From positions 1 through 24,414 of the IMG/VR virus record IMGVR_UViG_3300025382_000733: a DNA stretch of 24,414 nt, one strand, 5' to 3'. Each line of letters starts with the position of its first letter. Positions within the stretch are counted from its first letter, which is position 1. Both the position numbers and the translations under genes were made by a program. Shown piece by piece: positions 1 through 7,605 of this stretch. The DNA comes from a virus (taxonomy: Duplodnaviria; Caudoviricetes). The notes beneath the pieces are model-generated. The model did not search any database. It worked only from the letters and a program-made list of their open reading frames with translations, and was not told where the DNA came from.

Positions 1-37
1 GCAGTCTAGCTTCTGTGTAGTATTGCTTAAAATCCAT
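1..37 (-). CDS. 5' fragment of a hypothetical protein (MDFKQYYTEARL...), runs off the window edge
   Basis: ATG at 37-35, open to the edge, preceded by TAAATA 5 nt upstream; only 12 codons visible. Confidence 0.5.
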   Translation of the reverse strand, partial: MDFKQYYTEARL

Positions 38-48
38 CGTAATATTTA

Positions 49-123
49 TGGTACCCCCACGGGGAATTGAACCCCGATTAGCGAAATGAAAATCCGATGT
101 CCTAACCGTTAGACGATGGGGGC
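49..123 (-). tRNA. tRNA-Glu (anticodon TTC)
   Basis: Cloverleaf: acceptor GCCCCCA/TGGGGGT, anticodon loop TT-TTC-AT, T arm CGGGG-TTCAATT-CCCCG, encoded CCA. Confidence 0.95.
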
Positions 124-131
124 AAAAAAAA

Positions 132-512
132 TGGTGGACCTGCCGGGACTTGCACCCGGGTGTTCCGTAACGTTCTTACCAGTTTCTACAAGCTTAGCAC
201 TATTAATAAAATGTACATCCATAGTGCTGATATACAAGTTGTTTGGTAGTGTTCCTGCTATTCTACTACCATTGAATAGTCAGTCTCGCTGAATGACGGT
301 TATAATATATAGCGAGAATCTATACTACAACCGATCGCTGATTAAGCAGCGAGTGCGAAGCTTTCGCTTGTATTGAATGAATCCATTACAGATGCGACTG
401 CGTTCTTGAGGCTTTGAATGATGCCGTTTGTTTTTGTATTGATTTATAAAGGATTCAATAATCCTGCTTGCTTCTAGTACGTCTGCTACAGAGGCGAATC
501 TGGTACAGGCCC
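132..512 (-). ncRNA. ssrA: tmRNA, one-piece, 381 nt
   Basis: Acceptor GGGCCTG/CAGGTCC with G3:U70, ACCA end, T arm CCGGG-TGCAAGT-CCCGG, P2 helices TCTGTAGC/GTTACGGA, TACTAG/CTGGTA and CAAGC/GCTTG, pk1 (AGGAT/ATCCT plus TATTGA/TCAATA), tag frame ending FALAA-stop. Confidence 0.95.
342..425 (-). other. tmRNA tag reading frame GIIQSLKNAVASVMDSFNTSESFALAA*
   Basis: GGC resume codon lies 11 nt after pk1; frame ends in canonical ALAA-TAA. The resume codon is inferred from spacing. Confidence 0.8.
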
Positions 513-538
513 ATAAAGTGTGTCAAATAACAATAAGT

Positions 539-566
539 AATATAATATATTTACAATGAATAGCAA
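539..566 (-). promoter_or_regulatory. Putative sigma70-like promoter for tmRNA/tRNA-Glu
   Basis: TTGCTA-N16-TATATT, same architecture as six other intergenic sites in the window. Confidence 0.55.
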
Positions 567-954
567 CTTAAAAGTTTTAGCAGAACAGTATCAATTGATA
601 ATGGAAAAACGAGTTCAACCTGAACCAGATACAGAAGAATCGTTTGAACAGTTTTTAGCTAAACGTGCACATGGTGCTGCTAAAATTGCTCATAGTTCTA
701 AAGAAAAAGGTGGTTTTAGTACCTTAACAGCTATTCACTTTGCTGCTAAAGCTAAACCTTATAAAGAATCAGAGCAGTGGGCTACTAAAGAAGACAGAGA
801 TGCTCATTATAAAAAGATGGCTGAAGAGATTCATGCTAAGTTAGCAGACTTAGACAGGTTATCTCAAAAAGAGTTCCAAGCCCTTATGGGTGAATTAGAA
901 GTCTGGGGTGAAGTTTATATACGTTCTACCAAGCCTGATAGTCTAAAGATTTAA
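556..954 (+). CDS. Hypothetical helical protein (only credible plus-strand gene)
   Basis: 132-aa ORF with AT-rich third positions like the other genes; fills the gap between tmRNA and tRNA-Gly. Start may be 601. Confidence 0.8.
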   Translation: MNSNLKVLAEQYQLIMEKRVQPEPDTEESFEQFLAKRAHGAAKIAHSSKEKGGFSTLTAIHFAAKAKPYKESEQWATKEDRDAHYKKMAEEIHAKLADLDRLSQKEFQALMGELEVWGEVYIRSTKPDSLKI

Positions 955-956
955 GT

Positions 957-1031
957 TGGAGCGGAGTGTCGGATTTGAACCGACGACATTCTCGTTGGCA
1001 ACGAGACATTCTACCGCTGAATTAACCCCGC
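957..1031 (-). tRNA. tRNA-Gly (anticodon GCC)
   Basis: Acceptor GCGGGGT/ACTCCGC, anticodon arm TCTCG-TTGCCAA-CGAGA, T arm GTCGG-TTCAAAT-CCGAC, U73 discriminator, CCA. Confidence 0.96.
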
Positions 1032-1600
1032 CTGAACAACCAACAATACTCTGTACCACTTTTCAGTACATTGTTATTGAAAAATTCATTTACTGCTTGT
1101 CTTACACCTGGAAACTTATGGCCATGTTCTGGATCAGCTGGATCAAAGTAATCATGACCTGCAATAAACCCGCCTACTTTTACTTTAGAATACCAAGCTT
1201 GTAAATCGCTCTTTACATCTTCATATTCATGGCCAGCATCAATAAAAACAAAATCTAAAGAATTATCTGCATATAGTTTAGCAGCTTCTACTGAAGTAGT
1301 ACGTATAGGGTTAATTGTTTGATTAACTGGGTACGTATTACATATGAATGAATTGTAAAGCCATTCATGTTCTTCTTTAGATTTTAATTCGTGTTCAATA
1401 CTACCTTCCCAGGTATCAACTACATCAAACTTAATATTTTTACCAGAGTTAATAATTTCTACCGCCATAAATGCGGTAGATCTACCTAGGAAAGCGCCTA
1501 CTTCAACGAAATGGCTATTAGCTGGTGAAAGCTTAACCATTTCAGAATATAAGCCTGGAAATGTGAACCATCCAGGAATTGTCTGGTAAAAATGGTCCAC
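1022..1600 (-). CDS. Class I SAM-dependent methyltransferase (Methyltransf_24-like)
   Basis: Motifs VEVGAFLGRS, DFVFIDAGHEY, GGFIAGHDY; GTG start. Confidence 0.88.
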   Translation of the reverse strand: MDHFYQTIPGWFTFPGLYSEMVKLSPANSHFVEVGAFLGRSTAFMAVEIINSGKNIKFDVVDTWEGSIEHELKSKEEHEWLYNSFICNTYPVNQTINPIRTTSVEAAKLYADNSLDFVFIDAGHEYEDVKSDLQAWYSKVKVGGFIAGHDYFDPADPEHGHKFPGVRQAVNEFFNNNVLKSGTEYCWLFRRG

Positions 1601-1606
1601 GTAATA

Positions 1607-1855
1607 TTACGACTTCTTGCTAGTTTTCTTAGCTGGTGCAGCAACAGAGGTACCGTTAATTAACGCTAGTACTTCTTCAATTGTCTGTACTACTTCCCAG
1701 GTACCGTGAGGTGGGCAATGTACAAATGTTACTTCATCAATTGATCCATCATCTCTACTAGTAATGTTGCGGTGAATACTGACTATTGCATCAGAATTAA
1801 TTACAATAGGTCTGTTCTTATGTGCAGGATTTGCGTTTGTTAATGTAATAAGCAT
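1607..1855 (-). CDS. Small FlbD-like protein
   Basis: Pattern MLITLT...IVINSDAIVSI...WEVVQTIEEVLALI resembles the FlbD family (MIxLT...LNxDxIxxI...VxEsxEEV). Confidence 0.55.
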   Translation of the reverse strand: MLITLTNANPAHKNRPIVINSDAIVSIHRNITSRDDGSIDEVTFVHCPPHGTWEVVQTIEEVLALINGTSVAAPAKKTSKKS

Positions 1856-1861
1856 AAAAGT

Positions 1862-1889
1862 ATTATCGGGTGTTTTAAAAAATAATCAA
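1862..1889 (-). promoter_or_regulatory. Putative promoter, likely leaderless transcript
   Basis: TTGATT-N16-GATAAT, 6 nt before ATG at 1855. Confidence 0.6.
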
Positions 1890-1890
1890 C

Positions 1891-2148
1891 TTAATATTTG
1901 TACTCAGTAATGTTTATGTTTGGACCATTTTGCATTACTTGGAATATCTTCGGTGGTTTGCCTGGTTCTTGTATAAGCTTTCTAGCGTTTTCTACAGCTT
2001 CCTGTATAGTTGAAAAGCTTTTAGCCTCGGTATAATTCTTACACCACACTTCTTCAGTGCCTTTTAAATTTTGTAAAAATAAACCTTCTTCAAGAGGATT
2101 CCTAGCATTCATCCTTTTTACGGTAACATCCATTATAATAAAACTCAT
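1891..2148 (-). CDS. Hypothetical protein
   Basis: 85-aa ORF with 4-nt overlap with the upstream gene. Confidence 0.7.
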   Translation of the reverse strand: MSFIIMDVTVKRMNARNPLEEGLFLQNLKGTEEVWCKNYTEAKSFSTIQEAVENARKLIQEPGKPPKIFQVMQNGPNINITEYKY

Positions 2149-2330
2149 CTAATACGACTCCTTAAATCCACATCATACACTTCAACATTACCGTTAGTAT
2201 ATGATATAGAAAGAATATTACCGGATAAATTATAATTAGTTACATCCCCATTAAACCAAACAGTAAAATGTGGTGTACCGGAGTATTCATGAATTAATAA
2301 TTCATTACCTCTATCTTCTACGTAGTACAT
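2145..2330 (-). CDS. Hypothetical small beta-rich protein
   Basis: 61-aa ORF tightly packed between its neighbours. Confidence 0.65.
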   Translation of the reverse strand: MYYVEDRGNELLIHEYSGTPHFTVWFNGDVTNYNLSGNILSISYTNGNVEVYDVDLRSRIR

Positions 2331-2331
2331 A

Positions 2332-2640
2332 TTAGTTTTGTATATCTAGTTTACGTAATTGTTTTTCTATCTGTAAACACTTAATGTTGTTAAGGCTTTT
2401 TTCAATACCCCGAGCCGTTTGTATCTTCATTAATAAAGTATCTGTACGGTTATCTACATAGTCTTGTATATCTAAAGGTTTGATATATTTCATACCTTCA
2501 TTACTATTAAAGTCAATTCCTTTGTCGTTACATTTTTCTGCAATCAAGTCAACAGCTTCTAATAGAGCTGCCCAACGAGCAAATTCATATGTAGAGATAC
2601 TACGGTTACTATAGATAGGTTCTGATGCTTCGTTTTCCAT
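2332..2640 (-). CDS. Hypothetical protein
   Basis: ORF track starts at 2667, but ATG at 2640 sits 1 nt after the upstream stop and is the more likely start. Confidence 0.75.
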   Translation of the reverse strand: MENEASEPIYSNRSISTYEFARWAALLEAVDLIAEKCNDKGIDFNSNEGMKYIKPLDIQDYVDNRTDTLLMKIQTARGIEKSLNNIKCLQIEKQLRKLDIQN

Positions 2641-2641
2641 A

Positions 2642-3043
2642 TTATATATTAGGTGTTTTTGTTCCAATTGGGTTAGTTACTACAGCGGATTCAATATTAA
2701 CGTAAACTGCGTTTTCAATCTTACAATTATTACAAATGAATTTCGTATCATCACTTGGATTAACTACAACTTCATTTTCTACTCTACAAGCTGCACAAGG
2801 TACAATAAAGGTGATTCTTGAGAGAATTTCAAGCTCTTTTAAAGCTAAAGCCCTATTATCTCTAGCGGCAATGTAGTCAATATAGACTCCGTATAAATAG
2901 AACACAACGAATTGTGCTACAAGCGTTACCACGAACCATAGCAACGCGGAATGATTAGTTAAATAAGCTAACCCTGCAAATAAGCTGCTAACAATTGCTG
3001 CTTTAATTACAGAGAACAGTAATGTTATTAACGTGTTTCTCAT
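2642..3043 (-). CDS. Two-TM membrane protein with C-terminal zinc ribbon
   Basis: Two hydrophobic N-terminal segments, then CAAC...CNNC. Confidence 0.75.
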   Translation of the reverse strand: MRNTLITLLFSVIKAAIVSSLFAGLAYLTNHSALLWFVVTLVAQFVVFYLYGVYIDYIAARDNRALALKELEILSRITFIVPCAACRVENEVVVNPSDDTKFICNNCKIENAVYVNIESAVVTNPIGTKTPNI

Positions 3044-3067
3044 AAGTTACTCGTATTAGAGTAACTT
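3044..3067. repeat. Perfect 9-bp inverted repeat filling an intergenic gap
   Basis: AAGTTACTC-gtatta-GAGTAACTT. Confidence 0.6.
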
Positions 3068-3069
3068 TT

Positions 3070-3471
3070 TTACTTTGGTGCAAGAGTAAATTTGTTTAAT
3101 TCACCAGCTAATTCTTTATAAGCTGCCATAATCCCTGCCAACTTAGCTCTAAACTTTTTTAATTCTTTATCTTTGCCCTTAAATAGCGGCATTGTTGCTG
3201 CAGTAGCAGCCTTATTTTTTAAGTCTAGAGTTAAGAGGTAGAGGTTAGCTAACTGTAAAACTGAATCCTGTAAAGGATATGGTAATGCTTCAGGATTTAC
3301 TCCGCCTGCACCATTATTTTTAAGATCGGCAATCTTTTCTAACGTAGGAACATTATCTGAAGTCTCATAAGGCTTCATTGTTTCAGGTGTTTTTGGTTGC
3401 CCACCAACACCTGTATAATATTCTGCTTCGCTTAAAAGGTTATTTGTTTTTCTTTGTTTCACGGTCTTCAA
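3070..3471 (-). CDS. Hypothetical protein, possibly late/virion-associated
   Basis: 133-aa ORF (TTG at 3471 or GTG at 3462); TAAGTA just upstream; N-terminal LLSE resembles T4-like prohead protease sites (inference). Confidence 0.75.
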   Translation of the reverse strand: MKTVKQRKTNNLLSEAEYYTGVGGQPKTPETMKPYETSDNVPTLEKIADLKNNGAGGVNPEALPYPLQDSVLQLANLYLLTLDLKNKAATAATMPLFKGKDKELKKFRAKLAGIMAAYKELAGELNKFTLAPK

Positions 3472-3634
3472 TACTTACTACTCCGACCTTGAATCTACCG
3501 GTACAATTTGGACAAACCCAATGTGCTTCTGTGACAATCTTATTACCTCTTTCAACTTTAACAGCACGAGGGTGCACGGAAGCATTGCCACAAATATGGC
3601 ATCTCTCTGGGCGCATAGCTACTTGTTCGTTCAT
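3440..3634 (-). CDS. Small zinc-ribbon protein
   Basis: CHIC...CPNC in 64 aa; TAAGTA 6 nt before ATG. Confidence 0.75.
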   Translation of the reverse strand: MNEQVAMRPERCHICGNASVHPRAVKVERGNKIVTEAHWVCPNCTGRFKVGVVSIEDRETKKNK

Positions 3635-3643
3635 ATACTATAC

Positions 3644-4555
3644 TTATCCAAAGAGCTTACAGAAATCTACTAAAGCTTGGTTATTTGCTTGTTTATTAAA
3701 GGTTTTCTTCCAGTCGTTTATCTTTTCTAGAATGCTATTAAACTCTAGTTCTTTGCATTTCTCTTCAAAAGATAGAAAATCAGCTACAACTGTTTGTAAT
3801 GTAGTGAATTGTTCTGAATAGAGTTCTGTCTCTTCTGGATATGTAAATAAACCGAACGTTAAGTCTACTAAAGGTTTGTTGGTTTGTACAATAGCATCAC
3901 ATAGCTCTTTAGCTTTAGGTTCTTTAGCTACCCATTGTTTAGCTAGCTTTTTACCTCTTACCTTACCTATACCTTCAATACCTTGTACGTTATCGGATTT
4001 ATCACCGGCTATACATTTATAGATTACGAATTCTTCTGGTGTTAATCCGTAATGTTCTTCAAAGTTATTAACATCTACAAGAAGCTTTTTAACTGGGTTA
4101 TAGAAAGAAGTATCCGGTGCAACTAACTGGGCAAAGTCGTTATCTACACTAACAATGATCTTATTACCGGGTACATTCTTAGTTAACCAACTAATAACAT
4201 CATCTGCTTCTAAATTACCTGGGAATATGTTCTTTATTCCAAGTGTAGTTGTTATTTCAACTATAGCATCAGCTTCCCCGTAAACAGCTTTATTACGTTC
4301 TTGGTTTCTGTTACCTTTATAAGAACCTTCAGTAAGAGTTTTACGAAAGTTTTCTTTATTACCTAGCTTCTTATCCCAAGCTATATAAATTCTATCAGCA
4401 TTAAACTGAGTAGCATTAGACTTAATAGTTTTTAAAAAAGCAAAAATACTACCTGTATTAATCCCTTTTGAGTTTACTAGAGGCTTGCCTACGTTGTTGG
4501 CGATCCAGTACGCCCGGTGTAGGGTGTTGTTGCCGTCTATCAGGAGTGTTGTCAT
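3644..4555 (-). CDS. rnh: 5'-3' exonuclease / flap endonuclease (T4 RNase H / PolA N-terminal family)
   Basis: LLIDGNN, YKGNR, EADDVI, SVDNDFAQL, and helix-3-turn-helix GDKSDNVQGIEGIG. Confidence 0.93.
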   Translation of the reverse strand: MTTLLIDGNNTLHRAYWIANNVGKPLVNSKGINTGSIFAFLKTIKSNATQFNADRIYIAWDKKLGNKENFRKTLTEGSYKGNRNQERNKAVYGEADAIVEITTTLGIKNIFPGNLEADDVISWLTKNVPGNKIIVSVDNDFAQLVAPDTSFYNPVKKLLVDVNNFEEHYGLTPEEFVIYKCIAGDKSDNVQGIEGIGKVRGKKLAKQWVAKEPKAKELCDAIVQTNKPLVDLTFGLFTYPEETELYSEQFTTLQTVVADFLSFEEKCKELEFNSILEKINDWKKTFNKQANNQALVDFCKLFG

Positions 4556-4841
4556 TTTGTTTTAATTTGAGTTGGTATTCTGCTAGACAAGTATTATAAA
4601 CGTTTTTAGGTAATATTTCTACTAAATCTATTATTTTATTTTTTAAGCCTTCTTGTACTTCTTTATTAGGTATATGCCTTATGTGTCGGTCAGGCAAACT
4701 AAAAAAGACAGTTTCACCTGGTGGAAAAGCAACAGGCACTAACCATTCTCCTTTGTATGTACCCTCTCTAACTACGTATATACTTCTTTCAGGCGGATTA
4801 AAATATCTTTTAATCCTGGATATTATCGTCTTTAAACCCAT
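4458..4841 (-). CDS. Hypothetical protein; 3' end overlaps the exonuclease gene by 98 nt
   Basis: ORF 4458..4856; probable start at MGLK (4841). Confidence 0.7.
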   Translation of the reverse strand: MGLKTIISRIKRYFNPPERSIYVVREGTYKGEWLVPVAFPPGETVFFSLPDRHIRHIPNKEVQEGLKNKIIDLVEILPKNVYNTCLAEYQLKLKQNDNTPDRRQQHPTPGVLDRQQRRQASSKLKRD

Positions 4842-5262
4842 ATGGATCAGCTCCATTACTATTCATTATGTTCTGATTGATCTTAAACATTACTCTACGG
4901 AAACGCTCTAATAAAGCGTCATGAGATGCTGGATCTTCTGCAGATACAATTTCTACGGGTTGATTATTAAGGTCATAACCGATTAACATGTAAGGGCCAA
5001 GAAACTCTTTAATCTGTTGATCAAGACTGTCAATCTCTCTACGTTTTTCATTAACAATCTTACCTTTTAGAGATTTCATATACTCAAGCTTGGCAAGCTG
5101 TATCATATCTACAATAGCAGCTTGCTCTGATTGAGTCATTTCAACAGTTCCTGGAACAGGCCCTTTAGCTAAAGGTTGAGCTATAGCTTTAGGCTGCTCA
5201 GGAACTGGTTCCTGTTTCTTTTTCTGAGCCTTGACACCTTTCGTTGGTTTTTTATCGGCCAT
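4810..5262 (-). CDS. Hypothetical protein with K/P/Q-rich N-terminus
   Basis: 150-aa ORF; TAAATA 6 nt before ATG. Confidence 0.8.
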   Translation of the reverse strand: MADKKPTKGVKAQKKKQEPVPEQPKAIAQPLAKGPVPGTVEMTQSEQAAIVDMIQLAKLEYMKSLKGKIVNEKRREIDSLDQQIKEFLGPYMLIGYDLNNQPVEIVSAEDPASHDALLERFRRVMFKINQNIMNSNGADPYGFKDDNIQD

Positions 5263-5267
5263 TAATA

Positions 5268-5927
5268 TTATTTAGTGCCTCGCTCAGCGGAAGCTACGAA
5301 GTCATAAAACTCTTTACGAGTTTGTGGTTCGTTCATAAAATCCCCAGATAACTTAGAGGTAATCATAGCACAACCATGATGCTTTACACCGCGATGACAT
5401 GCACATGTATGAGTACATTTAAGAATGACCGCTACACCCTGATTACCGGTGCAAAGTTGATCAATAGCTTTATGAATCTGAACTGTTAAGCCTTCTTGGA
5501 TTTGAGGACGACGAGCATAATGTTCTACAATACGATTAAGCTTAGATAAGCCAATTACTTGACCGTTCTTATCAGGAATATAAGCTACGTGTGCTACACC
5601 AGTAAAAGATAGGTGATGATGGGAACACATAGACACTACAGGTATATTCATCTGACTAACAATACCATCATAACCATCTGAAGGGAATGTGGTAATCTTA
5701 GGCGGACCTTCATAACAACCTTTAATAAGGTCGCATACATAAGCTTTAGCTACACGACGAGGTGTATCAGCACTATTGACGTCATTACGCCAATCAATGC
5801 GTAGAGCATCTAGAAAGGTTGAATACGCTTCTGCTGCTTTATCAATAATTGCTTTCCTATCCTCTTCAGTAGTAACCATACTACTATTAGCTGTAGGAAG
5901 GGTTGGGTGTTTTAATTCATTTGACAT
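5268..5927 (-). CDS. folE: GTP cyclohydrolase I
   Basis: [39 protein letters not shown]. Start MSNELK (5927) preferred over 5996 because it avoids the overlap. Confidence 0.95.
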   Translation of the reverse strand: MSNELKHPTLPTANSSMVTTEEDRKAIIDKAAEAYSTFLDALRIDWRNDVNSADTPRRVAKAYVCDLIKGCYEGPPKITTFPSDGYDGIVSQMNIPVVSMCSHHHLSFTGVAHVAYIPDKNGQVIGLSKLNRIVEHYARRPQIQEGLTVQIHKAIDQLCTGNQGVAVILKCTHTCACHRGVKHHGCAMITSKLSGDFMNEPQTRKEFYDFVASAERGTK

Positions 5928-5949
5928 ATTGAAATATTGTTTTTCGGAC

Positions 5950-6279
5950 TTAAACTTTTCGCCCGATGTATAACTCTGATTTGTTGTTGATTCCATATTT
6001 TACTAAATAGTTTATTATAACCTCAATTGAGTCAGTTTTCAACTTAAATTTTTCAGGTATAAATTGACCACCATCATAAAATTCAAAAAAGGTTTCACCA
6101 AATAAATCCTTGTGATTTACATAGCAAGTACAAAACACTGAAGCACTACCTGGATCTATTAATACAGTCCAGGAACGTGGATCAGCTTCTCCATACTGAT
6201 CAAAGATCTTATAAACTACATAACCTGAGTCTTTAAGTCTTTTTATAAAATAGCTCTGGGTTGTTATCTTGTTAGCCAT
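5950..6279 (-). CDS. Hypothetical protein
   Basis: 109-aa ORF coupled to the clamp gene through TAATG. Confidence 0.8.
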   Translation of the reverse strand: MANKITTQSYFIKRLKDSGYVVYKIFDQYGEADPRSWTVLIDPGSASVFCTCYVNHKDLFGETFFEFYDGGQFIPEKFKLKTDSIEVIINYLVKYGINNKSELYIGRKV

Positions 6280-7013
6280 TATTTAACTAATCCTGATATT
6301 ACAAAAGTAAAGTCAGTTTCTTCAGTCGGCTTAACATAAAAAGACATTACTTTATATTTTAAGTTTATACCTACCCTAGCTGTTTCAAACTTTACACCAG
6401 TTAAGATACGAAATATATCAAGATTAAAAGGTATTACCTGATTGAATGGTTGACCTTCTACTGATTCTGCTACTTTAAGACTAATGTTATCTGTATTAGC
6501 TTTTTCTTTATCACCTAATTCACAATACACTCCATCAGGTTGACCGTACAGATAAATCTTATTAGTATCTGTAGTAAATGAACTAGCCTTTAATATTTCT
6601 TGCAATTTCTTAGTATTAATATTAAAGAACGTATCATTGGTAAGAGATTCAATCTTATCTTTCTTAAGAGTTACTTTAGGTACTACAGAATCATCTAAAA
6701 AGTGATACTTAAATTGTAATTTACTAGTTTTATAATAAAGATGGTTAGATTCAATCTTAAATACAAGCTCATCTTCATCAATACAATCAATAACTCTTAA
6801 TAGCTTTTTTACATCGCCAATATTAAGGGTAATCTCTTGATCAACGTTAAAGGTCTTATTGTATTTTGCTAATAGAATAATACTCGTATCAGGCTTATTA
6901 CAGACAGCGTATAAGCCATCCTTATTAAGCTTTAAAGACACGATATCTACAGCTTTACCAACAATACTTAAAAAATTGTCGGCAAAATCTTTCTTAACCA
7001 GCTTGAGTTCCAT
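6279..7013 (-). CDS. gp45: Sliding clamp (gp45/PCNA-like)
   Basis: 244 aa with two repeats of clamp-like helix/strand patterning (LNIGDVKKLLRVI; FNINTKKLQEILKAS), in a replication cluster. Confidence 0.75.
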   Translation of the reverse strand: MELKLVKKDFADNFLSIVGKAVDIVSLKLNKDGLYAVCNKPDTSIILLAKYNKTFNVDQEITLNIGDVKKLLRVIDCIDEDELVFKIESNHLYYKTSKLQFKYHFLDDSVVPKVTLKKDKIESLTNDTFFNINTKKLQEILKASSFTTDTNKIYLYGQPDGVYCELGDKEKANTDNISLKVAESVEGQPFNQVIPFNLDIFRILTGVKFETARVGINLKYKVMSFYVKPTEETDFTFVISGLVK

Positions 7014-7605
7014 TTGTTATCTTCGGTTTTTTTTTATTACTATTATCAATTAATGTATTAACTTTATCGGTTAGTATGTTAACTGAATTTTGTAATTTAT
7101 CAACAGCATTTATAATATCTTCTAATTGAGTTTGCTTATTTAAATCAAATTCAAGTTGATTAGGATCAGAATAAGGTTCTTCTGGCACTCCTACTGGTTT
7201 TGTAGTACTTTGTGTAGGATTATCAGTAACAGGTGGTATATTTTGAACGATAGAAGCTATTTGCGCTTCTGTAATTTTAGGTTGTGCATAGACCATCTGA
7301 GGCTCTGGTTGCTGTACTTGTTGAGGTACAGGCCGAGTGTTAGGAGGTCTTTGTTGCTGTTGAGGTTGTTTAATACCCATAGCGGGTAGAATATGAGAAG
7401 GCATAACCTTGCTCATATCTACGTCTGACACTTTTAAATTACCGCCTACTTCAGCGGATTGTTTCTTAATATTATTAAGACCACCTTGAACCATTTTACC
7501 AAACATAGCAGCTAGCAAGAGCTCTTGATTACCTATTTGAGAGGTAGATTGAGAGAGCCTTGCTAGCTCTGATTGGTTGAGAGAGGGTGATGTTTGAGCA
7601 GCCAT
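6994..7605 (-). CDS. Hypothetical Q/P-rich protein with C-terminal coiled coil
   Basis: 203-aa ORF, low-complexity middle, heptad pattern LEDIINAVDKLQNSVNILTDKVNTL. Confidence 0.8.
   Translation of the reverse strand: MAAQTSPSLNQSELARLSQSTSQIGNQELLLAAMFGKMVQGGLNNIKKQSAEVGGNLKVSDVDMSKVMPSHILPAMGIKQPQQQQRPPNTRPVPQQVQQPEPQMVYAQPKITEAQIASIVQNIPPVTDNPTQSTTKPVGVPEEPYSDPNQLEFDLNKQTQLEDIINAVDKLQNSVNILTDKVNTLIDNSNKKKPKITNGTQAG

Noticed and set aside
81-97. tRNA-Glu as pseudogene because of a U27-C43 mismatch
   Set aside because: It is a single terminal mismatch; the other arms and CCA are intact
956-1204. 82-aa plus-strand ORF
   Set aside because: Antisense shadow of tRNA-Gly and the methyltransferase
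1022-1600. preQ1 methyltransferase or DNA methyltransferase
   Set aside because: Far from the que operon and lacks DPPY/PC motifs; looks like a small-molecule or glycan methyltransferase
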